Source of the DNA: a virus
Taxonomy: Duplodnaviria; Caudoviricetes
Length of the DNA stretch: 24,734 nucleotides
Strand: one strand, 5' to 3'
Virus record (IMG/VR): IMGVR_UViG_3300032305_001326
Coordinates: 1-24,734 of that record
Part shown: positions 1 to 7,544 of the stretch, piece after piece
How positions within the stretch are numbered: position 1 is the first letter of the stretch
Layout: every line of letters starts with the position of its first letter
Translations under genes and position numbers: made by a program
Notes under the pieces: generated by a model
What the model saw: only the letters and a program-made list of their open reading frames with translations
Told to the model about the DNA's origin: nothing
Databases searched by the model: none

Positions 1-480
1 CCCTTAGATGAGAACGCAAGGATTAACGAAGAGGTATTGGCATCTAACCTAAAAATAATCAATGAGAGGTTAATACAGCTAAGAGCTGATTTTAATTCTA
101 TTAAGGATACATTCTACTTTGGTAAGACAAGCACAATATCTACTACTAAATATAACCTATTGGCTTCCGTAGATGATGGGGATGATTACTCCGTTCAAGT
201 TGTTACGAAGGATTCGGTTATGGTGTCCAAAGCACCTACACCTTCTACACAACAATCGGATGTACAATCAAAGGCGGTTGGAGAAGTGCAACAGGCAGTA
301 ACCCAAACCTCAACAACGTTAGCAGAGAAGATAACTCAAAACCAAGCTTCTATACAATCTGCACAATCGGGTGATGCGGCTGCACAAGCTGCTCTTAATG
401 CGCAGGTTACTGAAAGTAAAACGGTAATTCAAAAGTTAAGGGACAGGTTGAAGGCATCAAATCCTAACTTAGATATTTAA
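1..480 (+). CDS. 5'-truncated hypothetical protein (C-terminal part, Gln/Thr/Ala-rich coiled coil)
   Basis: Frame 1 is open from base 1 (PLDENARINEEVLASN...) to TAA at 478-480, so the TTG at 37 is probably not the true start. No recognisable motif. Confidence 0.7.
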   Translation, partial: PLDENARINEEVLASNLKIINERLIQLRADFNSIKDTFYFGKTSTISTTKYNLLASVDDGDDYSVQVVTKDSVMVSKAPTPSTQQSDVQSKAVGEVQQAVTQTSTTLAEKITQNQASIQSAQSGDAAAQAALNAQVTESKTVIQKLRDRLKASNPNLDI

Positions 481-484
481 CTCA

Positions 485-1258
485 ATGGGATTAAAGCGTT
501 ACATATACAAATCCGGCTTAGATATTATCGCTCCACTCAAATGCGGAACTCGTTGGTTAGAGGGATTTGATGTAGAAAATCGTATACGGACTTTCGGATT
601 ACACCCAACGGATTTACCTAACCATATACATAGTGGTACTACTTTTATATGGAGGCCCGTAAGAGAACATTTTATCTCCGCAATACGAACTGAACTTGTC
701 GCTTTTAAGAAAAAGGATATTTTGGGTGTGATTTCGGAAATTCAATCCGGTGAATGTGGACATTGGTATCCTCATCTATATAGAGATTTATATCCCCTAT
801 GGGAGAAGACCGGCTTTCGATTTCACAAACTTCGAGCTCTATCCGAACTTACTCCATCCGCAGGTGAATTGAAATGGACTTCAAATATGTATAAGTTTGA
901 TTTACCAACTGAATGGGATAGCGTTGAAGCGGCTTTGAGTTCTATTCCATCCAAACACCTTAATCGATTAAATAAACTCATTGGTGAGGAGGAGAAGTGG
1001 CTTAAATCTATGCTCCAATCGCAGTATGTTGTTCCAAGCTGGGAAACATATTCCGATTTGGAAGATTTACTCTTTACGTCTAAGTGTAAAGTAAGGGATT
1101 TGGAAGCGGAAGTTGAACTATTCGATAAAAGATTAAAAACCGAATTGGATAAATTATATATTCAAATACGAGAATTAAAAGATTCAAATACTAAATTACA
1201 AGCTAAGTTAGATTATGCTGAATCAATATTTGGAAAACTACCTATCAAACTAATTTAG
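485..1258 (+). CDS. Divergent sulfotransferase-like protein with C-terminal coiled coil
   Basis: IIAPLKCGTRWL resembles the 5'-PSB loop (PKxGT/S). FIWRPVREHFISA resembles the 3'-PB motif (R-x-P-x-x-R-x-x-S). The last ~65 aa are heptad-like. Confidence 0.5.
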   Translation: MGLKRYIYKSGLDIIAPLKCGTRWLEGFDVENRIRTFGLHPTDLPNHIHSGTTFIWRPVREHFISAIRTELVAFKKKDILGVISEIQSGECGHWYPHLYRDLYPLWEKTGFRFHKLRALSELTPSAGELKWTSNMYKFDLPTEWDSVEAALSSIPSKHLNRLNKLIGEEEKWLKSMLQSQYVVPSWETYSDLEDLLFTSKCKVRDLEAEVELFDKRLKTELDKLYIQIRELKDSNTKLQAKLDYAESIFGKLPIKLI

Positions 1259-1305
1259 ATAACTATCAATAGAGATATAAAAATTTTCTTTAAAAAACGA
1301 CTCGT

Positions 1306-1322
1306 CCCCCAACCCCCACCCC
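1306..1322. repeat. Intergenic C-tract (C5-AA-C5-A-C4), G-rich on the minus strand
   Basis: cccccaacccccacccc, seen directly in an otherwise very AT-rich spacer. Confidence 0.85.
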
Positions 1323-1340
1323 TTTTTACATTTATACGTT

Positions 1341-1895
1341 ATGAAGATATTAATAATAGGTACATTAAGAAGTGGAACAACAACACTTATGAATGCTATT
1401 GGGAATGGATTAAATCTCAATATATGCAATGAGCCTTTTTTAAAGTCCAATACGAATACGATATACAATCCAAATGAAAACAATATTGTTTTAAAAACTA
1501 TGGTACATCACCAAACGTTTGAGGAAATGGATGAATTAAGAAACTCCTTTGATAAAACCATTCTATTAAGTAGAAAGGATACCAATACAGTTTGGGAGAG
1601 TATTTGTAATGTTATATATAAGAAAGATGTATTAAAATCAAACGGAGATATCTGGATGAGTCCATATACCCACAACGAAGATTCCCTTAATCCTATCCAT
1701 AAATTCGGAGTAAACCATAGATTAAATTTAATTATAAAATATTCATTTCATTCAAATATGGATATAATATGGTATGAGGATTTATTCTCTCTCAATATGG
1801 ATACAGCAAAAGCAACATTTGATTCTATTGGATTAAATTTGAATTACGATAGTATATATGGATATATGAATCCATCAAAAAGATATAGAAAATAA
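1341..1895 (+). CDS. Sulfotransferase family protein (P-loop, Stf0/Sulfotransfer_3-like)
   Basis: IIGTLRSGTTTL (5'-PSB), NEPF, LSRKD..WES (3'-PB-like) and IWYEDL motifs. Confidence 0.75.
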   Translation: MKILIIGTLRSGTTTLMNAIGNGLNLNICNEPFLKSNTNTIYNPNENNIVLKTMVHHQTFEEMDELRNSFDKTILLSRKDTNTVWESICNVIYKKDVLKSNGDIWMSPYTHNEDSLNPIHKFGVNHRLNLIIKYSFHSNMDIIWYEDLFSLNMDTAKATFDSIGLNLNYDSIYGYMNPSKRYRK

Positions 1896-1902
1896 TTATA
1901 TT

Positions 1903-2529
1903 ATGAAAAGAATATGGTACTTTGGTGATTCTAATACGGAAACATACAATCCTAATTATATATGGGCAAGTAAGTATATAGAGTGGAAAGGATATACGCC
2001 GAAACATTGGACTGAATTATTTGCTGAAAGGATGGGATTACCTTATTCAAATTTGGGATTAGGTGGATGTGATAATTATACAATATTTAAAACCATTTCC
2101 GATAACATTGAAACAATTGGCGATGATGATATTGTTATAATAGGATGGACTATTCCGATTAGAGGTAGAATAGCTAATTTAGATAGTAACAAATGGTTTA
2201 CAATTGTACCTCAAAGCAAACCCGATTTAAAATGTATTACAAATGATGCTATACTACAATTAGTTTCATTGAGGGATTCTCCATTATATATTCAGGAGGT
2301 ATTAGATTGGCAAAAGATAATCAAACGTGCATTAAGAACTAATCAATTAGTATTTTGGTCGTATTTTTCAGAATTCAATAATTGTGGAATAATGGATAGT
2401 AAATATTGGATGGGTAAAACGGAATGTTTATCAATTAATGATGAAACGAAAGGAGTTATTTCGGATGGGCATTTTTGTGAAATGGGAAATGAGATTATAG
2501 CAGATTCAATGTGGAATTATATTTGGTAA
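1903..2529 (+). CDS. SGNH/GDSL hydrolase-like (esterase/acyltransferase) protein
   Basis: Block I FGDSNT, block II NLGLGGCDN, block III-like VIIGWT, and C-terminal DGHFCEMGN (catalytic D..H region). Confidence 0.75.
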   Translation: MKRIWYFGDSNTETYNPNYIWASKYIEWKGYTPKHWTELFAERMGLPYSNLGLGGCDNYTIFKTISDNIETIGDDDIVIIGWTIPIRGRIANLDSNKWFTIVPQSKPDLKCITNDAILQLVSLRDSPLYIQEVLDWQKIIKRALRTNQLVFWSYFSEFNNCGIMDSKYWMGKTECLSINDETKGVISDGHFCEMGNEIIADSMWNYIW

Positions 2530-2553
2530 TATAAAAAAATTATCGTACCTTTA
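2522..2553 (+). promoter_or_regulatory. Bacteroidota-type housekeeping promoter variant (TTTG-N20-TACCTTTA)
   Basis: TTTG at 2522-2525 and TACCTTTA at 2546-2553. Same 20-nt spacing as the three exact copies; 9 nt before ATG 2563. Confidence 0.6.
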
Positions 2554-2562
2554 CGACTATAT

Positions 2563-2865
2563 ATGAATGTAAGTGTTTTGGATAAGTTAGAAAGCGGATG
2601 GATTTCATTGAATTGGAATAAACACCTAAAACGTGTCCACTTAACTCCCAAAAATCTATCAGAGTTGGTTGATAAATTAGATAATTGGAAATCTAATAAA
2701 AAATGTAAAGAAATAATTCTGATTAAATACAAAAAATTACCAGTTTATATAACTATACATAGAAGTGAATTTAAACATATGGCTGATTGGTTGTTGATTA
2801 GGTTAAGTGAATTAGAGATTTATGAAGAATGTGCTAGAATTCAAAAAATATATAATAAATTATAA
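2563..2865 (+). CDS. Hypothetical protein with C-terminal UVR-like helix motif
   Basis: 100-aa basic ORF. Ends ELEIYEECARIQKI, similar to the UvrB/C-type E-x-Y-E-x-A-A motif. Confidence 0.55.
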   Translation: MNVSVLDKLESGWISLNWNKHLKRVHLTPKNLSELVDKLDNWKSNKKCKEIILIKYKKLPVYITIHRSEFKHMADWLLIRLSELEIYEECARIQKIYNKL

Positions 2866-2870
2866 TTAAT

Positions 2871-3140
2871 ATGGGAATAAATTTTAAAAAAATAGCTAAA
2901 GCTTGGATTACAGCAGCTAACCCAACGGAAAAACAATCGGAATTAGCCGAAGCAAGGTGGAGTATATGTGATTCATGTGATAAAAGAAAAACAGTTGCAA
3001 CGATTCCGGTTTGTGGAGAATGTGGATGCCCGCTTAGTAAAAAAATATTTACAATGGAAAATGATGCATGTCCTTTAAACAAATGGTTGGAAGTAGAAAA
3101 AGATTATTTTATTATTAAGAGTAAGAAAACAATTATTTAA
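2871..3140 (+). CDS. Small Cys6 metal-binding protein (DUF6171-like)
   Basis: RWSICDSC...CGECGC...CPLNKW pattern (CxxC, CxxCxC, CPxxKW). Confidence 0.65.
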   Translation: MGINFKKIAKAWITAANPTEKQSELAEARWSICDSCDKRKTVATIPVCGECGCPLSKKIFTMENDACPLNKWLEVEKDYFIIKSKKTII

Positions 3141-3150
3141 TAAAAGTTTA

Positions 3151-3158
3151 TATTTATA
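3151..3158 (+). promoter_or_regulatory. Putative phage late promoter (TATTTATA)
   Basis: Intergenic TATTTATA 20 nt before ATG 3179. The same motif precedes genes at 17312 and 23825. Confidence 0.5.
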
Positions 3159-3178
3159 GGAAACAATAAAGAACATAT

Positions 3179-4816
3179 ATGAAAGCAGTAGTAATAGCGA
3201 CCGATTACGTTAAAGATATAAATGGTGAGTTTAAGGTATTAGAAATGAATACCCAAACAGCTTTACTATTTAAAGATGCAACTAAGTATTTAGATTTGGA
3301 TGGATTAGAACAATTGGTTTCGGATAATGGGATAACTAAAATTGAACTAATTTTACCACAAGTTACGGGTACTAATGTAATAGATACAGAATATACTGAA
3401 ACCGGTTCATTGGGTATATCAATTGAGGGTGCGATTCGTATGCAATATGAATCAAGTAGTGTTAATATAGAAACGCACTATACTACAAAAAATTCTACCA
3501 CCATTCCATTTATAGAAGATAATGATACTACATTAGTTATACGTGTTTCATATGATTCTACCGCTTTAATAGATAGTGTATATTGTGCTGATAATTTTGA
3601 ATTTTTAAAATTAATGTATGATGCAAATCCTACATCAATTCCATCTACATATGTAAATCATACGGATTTAGGATTTGATACAATTGGCGATATTGTTAGA
3701 GATAATGGAGTATATCCAAATTATATAATTAAAGAAAGGTTTCCAACAACAAACTACCAACAATACCCAACGATTCTAAAAATAAATAATTTAGATGAAT
3801 TGAATTCTATTAAATCTAATCTTTTACCAAATACATTATTACAAGAATATGTATTCAATCCAACCGACGTATTTGAAGGAAAATTAAAAACATATAGAGT
3901 TATATCGATGGTATATGGTTCTGAATTGGATATATTAGATTTAACGCATCCATTTGAACATACGAACGGATGTGCATTTGGAGAGACTGTTGATTTCGAT
4001 ACGAATAATACATTAGCTATATGGGAAAGACCTTGCTATATTCAAAAATATTTATCTACCATCGAAGAGAATAATCGTTTTAGGTATCAATTCGATGATG
4101 CATCTAAAATTTTTATGCCGGATGGTTCTATATCAACTGTTCAAAATATTCAATCGGGTTCGGTTTTAAAATCACTTAATTTCGATGGAATGCCATTAGA
4201 TGAATTATTATCTGGTTCCCAAAATTGGAGTAGTAGTTTTTCCGAATTAACCAATGATTTGGAAGTTACAACTACAACTGTTGGCGAGTATTCATCTACT
4301 AATAAAAGTGTATGGATAATTAATTTGGAAATATCTAATGGTTCTAAATTTGCAGATATAGAATATGCTAGATTATTAAGTAAGACAGGTACACAAACCG
4401 AATATAAATTTAATAGATTCTTTGATGTTAATATTGGGGATTATATTATATTATTCAACAATGAAACAAATAGTATACAAGAAGTTAGTGTAACTAATAT
4501 AGAATATTCATATGAAACAATTGATATATTTTCCGTAGATGTTGAACCAATAGATGTTTTATTAACTTCAGAAGAAGGAGTTGAATTCCCTGTATATGCA
4601 ATATATCAACACAATCCACCGGCAGATTGTATTAGGGTATGTTGTTCAAATAGTTACCCTGTAAGTGGTTATCAACAATGTCCAAGTGCAGGTGGTGGTT
4701 GGTGTTACTATTGGCCATATACATATGATGTATGTATAGATGGTTTTTATTATCCTGGAAACTGCTACCAATGTATATCGGCTTGTTTTGGTGAATGTGG
4801 TTTTGCACAAAAATAA
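3179..4816 (+). CDS. Fusion: circularly permuted ATP-grasp-like domain + Hint domain + Cys/Tyr-rich C-terminal peptide
   Basis: The N-terminal ATDYVKDINGEFKVLEMNT (D9...E22-x-N24), YIIK185 and LLQ222EYV are ATP-grasp motifs in permuted order. Residues 304-479 match Hint blocks and end in HN. Residues 480-545 contain 10 Cys and 9 Tyr. Confidence 0.75.
   Translation: MKAVVIATDYVKDINGEFKVLEMNTQTALLFKDATKYLDLDGLEQLVSDNGITKIELILPQVTGTNVIDTEYTETGSLGISIEGAIRMQYESSSVNIETHYTTKNSTTIPFIEDNDTTLVIRVSYDSTALIDSVYCADNFEFLKLMYDANPTSIPSTYVNHTDLGFDTIGDIVRDNGVYPNYIIKERFPTTNYQQYPTILKINNLDELNSIKSNLLPNTLLQEYVFNPTDVFEGKLKTYRVISMVYGSELDILDLTHPFEHTNGCAFGETVDFDTNNTLAIWERPCYIQKYLSTIEENNRFRYQFDDASKIFMPDGSISTVQNIQSGSVLKSLNFDGMPLDELLSGSQNWSSSFSELTNDLEVTTTTVGEYSSTNKSVWIINLEISNGSKFADIEYARLLSKTGTQTEYKFNRFFDVNIGDYIILFNNETNSIQEVSVTNIEYSYETIDIFSVDVEPIDVLLTSEEGVEFPVYAIYQHNPPADCIRVCCSNSYPVSGYQQCPSAGGGWCYYWPYTYDVCIDGFYYPGNCYQCISACFGECGFAQK
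4088..4615 (+). other. Hint (intein-like) domain, predicted C-terminal cleavage only
   Basis: QFDDASKIFMPDGSISTVQNIQSGSVL aligns to block A (CFxxGTxIxMxDGxxxxIEDIxxGDxV) with Gln at position 1. LEISNGSKF, DVNIGDYI, VTNIE and IFSVDVE...IYQHN give blocks B/F/G. The TxxH His is absent and the +1 residue is Pro. Confidence 0.75.
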
Positions 4817-4836
4817 TAATTAAAAAATAAATAATA

Positions 4837-4980
4837 ATGGAAACTAATAAAAATAGAAAATACGATTCAGTTAGAGCAAAGAGTTCTCTAATAAAAAAAA
4901 CAAATAACAGCGATAAAGTATCTTTATTTGCTAATATTAGAAACGTAATCTCTGCAATTAAAGCAAAACATCTTAGTTAA
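4837..4980 (+). CDS. Small basic 47-aa protein (not in the ORF track)
   Basis: ATG 4837 to TAA 4980 gives METNKNRKYDSVRAKSSLIKKTNNSDKVSLFANIRNVISAIKAKHLS. It fills the gap between two genes and has an A-rich leader. Confidence 0.65.
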   Translation: METNKNRKYDSVRAKSSLIKKTNNSDKVSLFANIRNVISAIKAKHLS

Positions 4981-5001
4981 AGTATTTTATACTAAATAAT
5001 A

Positions 5002-5559
5002 ATGGTTATAACAATACTAGCTGAGCCGAGAAGTGGTTCGACTAATTTTACTAATTGGTTTTATTTTAATAAAAACTTTACCACATTGTTCGAACCGGCT
5101 AATTCCGGTTCTAAATGGTTTCAAAGAAATATTGAACCAAAGGATTATAGGTACAAAACCAAACATCTTTGCGTAAAAGAAATATATTATCCAAATATAA
5201 ATTGGGATTCTTTATTATCGATTTCTGATAAAATTATTGTATTATACAGAGAAAATGGTCAAAAGCAATTGGAATCATTTTTATCTGCTATAACTACAAA
5301 TAATTGGTATACGAACTATGTTTATAATATCGAAACAAGCGCATTCATTGATGAAAAAACAAAATACTTTAAAATTTTAAAATCCGAATTTGAAATGAAA
5401 TATGTAAATAGTGAATATTTTACTATTTCATATGAAGAATTATATTTTAAAAATGGAATTGAAAAAGTTAAAAATTATATTGAAATAGATGGATTTGGCG
5501 AATTTCCATTAGGTCAAAAATATAGAATTAATATTGATGATTTAAAAAGTTTAATATAA
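5002..5559 (+). CDS. Sulfotransferase family protein
   Basis: ILAEPRSGSTNF (5'-PSB), LFEP, LYREN..QLESF and ISYEEL. Paralogous layout to 1341..1895. Confidence 0.75.
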   Translation: MVITILAEPRSGSTNFTNWFYFNKNFTTLFEPANSGSKWFQRNIEPKDYRYKTKHLCVKEIYYPNINWDSLLSISDKIIVLYRENGQKQLESFLSAITTNNWYTNYVYNIETSAFIDEKTKYFKILKSEFEMKYVNSEYFTISYEELYFKNGIEKVKNYIEIDGFGEFPLGQKYRINIDDLKSLI

Positions 5560-6305
5560 TGGATAGTTTAAAATATTGGAATACCAAAGATTTTGAAATT
5601 GCATCATTTAAGTTTAATTTATCTGATAGGGTAAATAATACATACAATACATCAGGTTCTGATAATAGTGGTAAATGTATATACACATACAATGAATTAG
5701 GATTTAGAGGTGATACACCATCTAAAAATGGGTTTAAGGTAATGTCTATCGGATGTTCTATAACTGAAGGAGTTGGTGTTAATGATAATGAAACTTGGCC
5801 CCATCAATTATGTAAACTTATACCAAATGCAGTTGATTTAAATTTTGGATGTGGAGGTAGAAGTAATGATTATATTAGTAGATGTTTACTTTCTTTTTAT
5901 GATTATGTACAACCTGATTTAGTTTTAATAATGTACACCGAACCACATCGTAGGGAATTTTATACAGCCGATGGTGGAATTGAGCCATTCTATTATAATC
6001 CATGGGGTTATTTTTCGGAAGATGAAAATGGTAAATTAGAACATACCTCTTTATTAAATTTATCAAATACTCATAGTGATTTTCAAAATTGGTATAAAAA
6101 TCATTTAGTAATAAGTAATTTTTTAGAAACAAAAAAATGTAAATGGTATTGGAATGGATGGTTTATAGATAATCCATATTTAGATGATAATAGATTTGAT
6201 GGAGATTTTTATCCATTCATAGATTATGGAGTAGATGGTTCTCATCCAGGACCAAATACCAACAAGCAATACGCTAAAAAAATATACAATCATTTATATA
6301 AATAA
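5559..6305 (+). CDS. SGNH/GDSL hydrolase-like protein
   Basis: YNELGFRG pre-domain motif, SIGCSITEG (block I), NFGCGGRSN (block II) and DGSHPG (block V). TAATG stop/start overlap with the upstream sulfotransferase. Confidence 0.8.
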   Translation: MDSLKYWNTKDFEIASFKFNLSDRVNNTYNTSGSDNSGKCIYTYNELGFRGDTPSKNGFKVMSIGCSITEGVGVNDNETWPHQLCKLIPNAVDLNFGCGGRSNDYISRCLLSFYDYVQPDLVLIMYTEPHRREFYTADGGIEPFYYNPWGYFSEDENGKLEHTSLLNLSNTHSDFQNWYKNHLVISNFLETKKCKWYWNGWFIDNPYLDDNRFDGDFYPFIDYGVDGSHPGPNTNKQYAKKIYNHLYK

Positions 6306-6314
6306 ATAGATTAG

Positions 6315-6346
6315 TTTGGTAATGTAATAAATTTTTCATACATTTG
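6315..6346 (+). promoter_or_regulatory. Bacteroidota-type -33/-7 promoter
   Basis: TTTG (6315-6318), 20 nt, TACATTTG (6339-6346). ATG follows 5 nt later. Confidence 0.75.
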
Positions 6347-6351
6347 TTACT

Positions 6352-6675
6352 ATGATAATTGTACCCGAAACTCCCATAACAGACATTAGCTTCCAAAAAT
6401 GGAATCCCTGCGTTAGAATAGAAATGAAAGATGAATCCTTAGATGAATCATTTCACTACTATGTTATTCCTCTATTAGATGTATCTCAAAAAGAATTAGA
6501 AGAAGATTTAGATATAATCCCAGCATTATGGTCATCCGAATCTACCGAATTTGAATCCGAAGAAGGAGTCACCTTATATACTATGCGTTTATTCGATGAA
6601 GATATGCCAGAATTAACCACAGAAGAGGAAGTTGAGATACTTTATAAAATTTTAACAAAAAAAGACCTGTATTAA
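6352..6675 (+). CDS. Acidic hypothetical protein
   Basis: 107-aa ORF, strongly Glu/Asp-rich, with its own promoter. Confidence 0.7.
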   Translation: MIIVPETPITDISFQKWNPCVRIEMKDESLDESFHYYVIPLLDVSQKELEEDLDIIPALWSSESTEFESEEGVTLYTMRLFDEDMPELTTEEEVEILYKILTKKDLY

Positions 6676-6707
6676 TTTGGAAATTTGAAAAAAATTTTGT
6701 ATATTTG
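6676..6707 (+). promoter_or_regulatory. Bacteroidota-type -33/-7 promoter
   Basis: TTTG (6676-6679), 20 nt, TATATTTG (6700-6707). Confidence 0.75.
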
Positions 6708-6786
6708 AGGTATCTTTTTATAGTATTATAATAGACAGCACTAGAAAAGCTTAAAAAAAAGAATAATAAAACTTAAATCAAAGAAA

Positions 6787-7434
6787 ATGAAACAAAAGAC
6801 AGAAAAAGAACTGAAAGACAATTACGAGAGATTTATTGCTATCATCAATAAATATTTTACAGGAGAAAGATTAGAAAAACTCTTATTCATGTATTCAGAA
6901 AATGAATTAGGAATTAATTTAGCAATTTCACCAGCAAGTGGAAATATTGGATACCATAATTGCTATACAGGTGGTTACATAGACCATATTTTTAATGTTT
7001 GTAAAAATTCACTAAAAGTAAAAGAATTATTTATTCAATTAGGTGGTAAAGTAGATTTTACTGATGAAGAATTAATATTTTGTGCATTACATCACGATTT
7101 AGGAAAATTAGGTTCTAAAGGTAAACCATACTATATAGCTAATCCTTCAGATTGGCATATTAAGAATCAAGGTAAATTATTTACAGCAAATCCGGAGTTA
7201 ACACATATGACTCATACTGATAGAACAATGTTTCTATTACAGCAATATAACATTAATGTTTCAGAAGCAGAATACTTTGGTATGAAACTTACCGATGGAT
7301 TGTATGATGAAGATAATACTAAATACTTAAAAGTGTTTGATATTAGTAAGAGTATGAAATATAAAATCCCGTATATAATGCATTGGGCAGACCATATGAG
7401 TACGGTAATAGAATCACAAGATAATCAAATTTAA
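6787..7434 (+). CDS. HD-domain phosphohydrolase (YhaM-like HD fold)
   Basis: GYHN...GGYIDH, CALHHDLGKLG and HWADHMS provide the H...HD...D metal ligands. Confidence 0.8.
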   Translation: MKQKTEKELKDNYERFIAIINKYFTGERLEKLLFMYSENELGINLAISPASGNIGYHNCYTGGYIDHIFNVCKNSLKVKELFIQLGGKVDFTDEELIFCALHHDLGKLGSKGKPYYIANPSDWHIKNQGKLFTANPELTHMTHTDRTMFLLQQYNINVSEAEYFGMKLTDGLYDEDNTKYLKVFDISKSMKYKIPYIMHWADHMSTVIESQDNQI

Positions 7435-7478
7435 TGACAATTTGTCAAAATATATTTAAAAAGTATGACTAATCGTCA
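7435..7478. promoter_or_regulatory. Two TGAC-N5-GTCA palindromes upstream of hsp20 (putative regulator sites)
   Basis: TGACAATTTGTCA at 7435-7447 and TGACTAATCGTCA at 7466-7478; centres are 31 bp apart. Confidence 0.5.
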
Positions 7479-7488
7479 TACTTTTTTT
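7458..7488 (+). terminator. Intrinsic terminator-like hairpin after the HD gene (possibly bidirectional)
   Basis: AAAAAGTATGAC-TAATC-GTCATACTTTTTTT: a perfect inverted repeat followed by a T7 run. Confidence 0.55.
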
Positions 7489-7490
7489 AT

Positions 7491-7505
7491 TGGTATATAA
7501 GTTGT
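7491..7505 (+). promoter_or_regulatory. Sigma-54-like -24/-12 element upstream of hsp20
   Basis: TGGTATATAAGTTGT is GG-N10-GT with TTG at -12, versus the consensus TGGCAC-N5-TTGC. Confidence 0.4.
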
Positions 7506-7544
7506 AATATATAACTTACATTTTTAAACTAAAACAAAATTACT

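Noticed and set aside
4088-4615. A classical self-splicing intein or mobile element
   Set aside because: There is no N-terminal Cys/Ser, no block B His, a +1 Pro and no homing endonuclease motifs, so it cannot splice by the canonical route.
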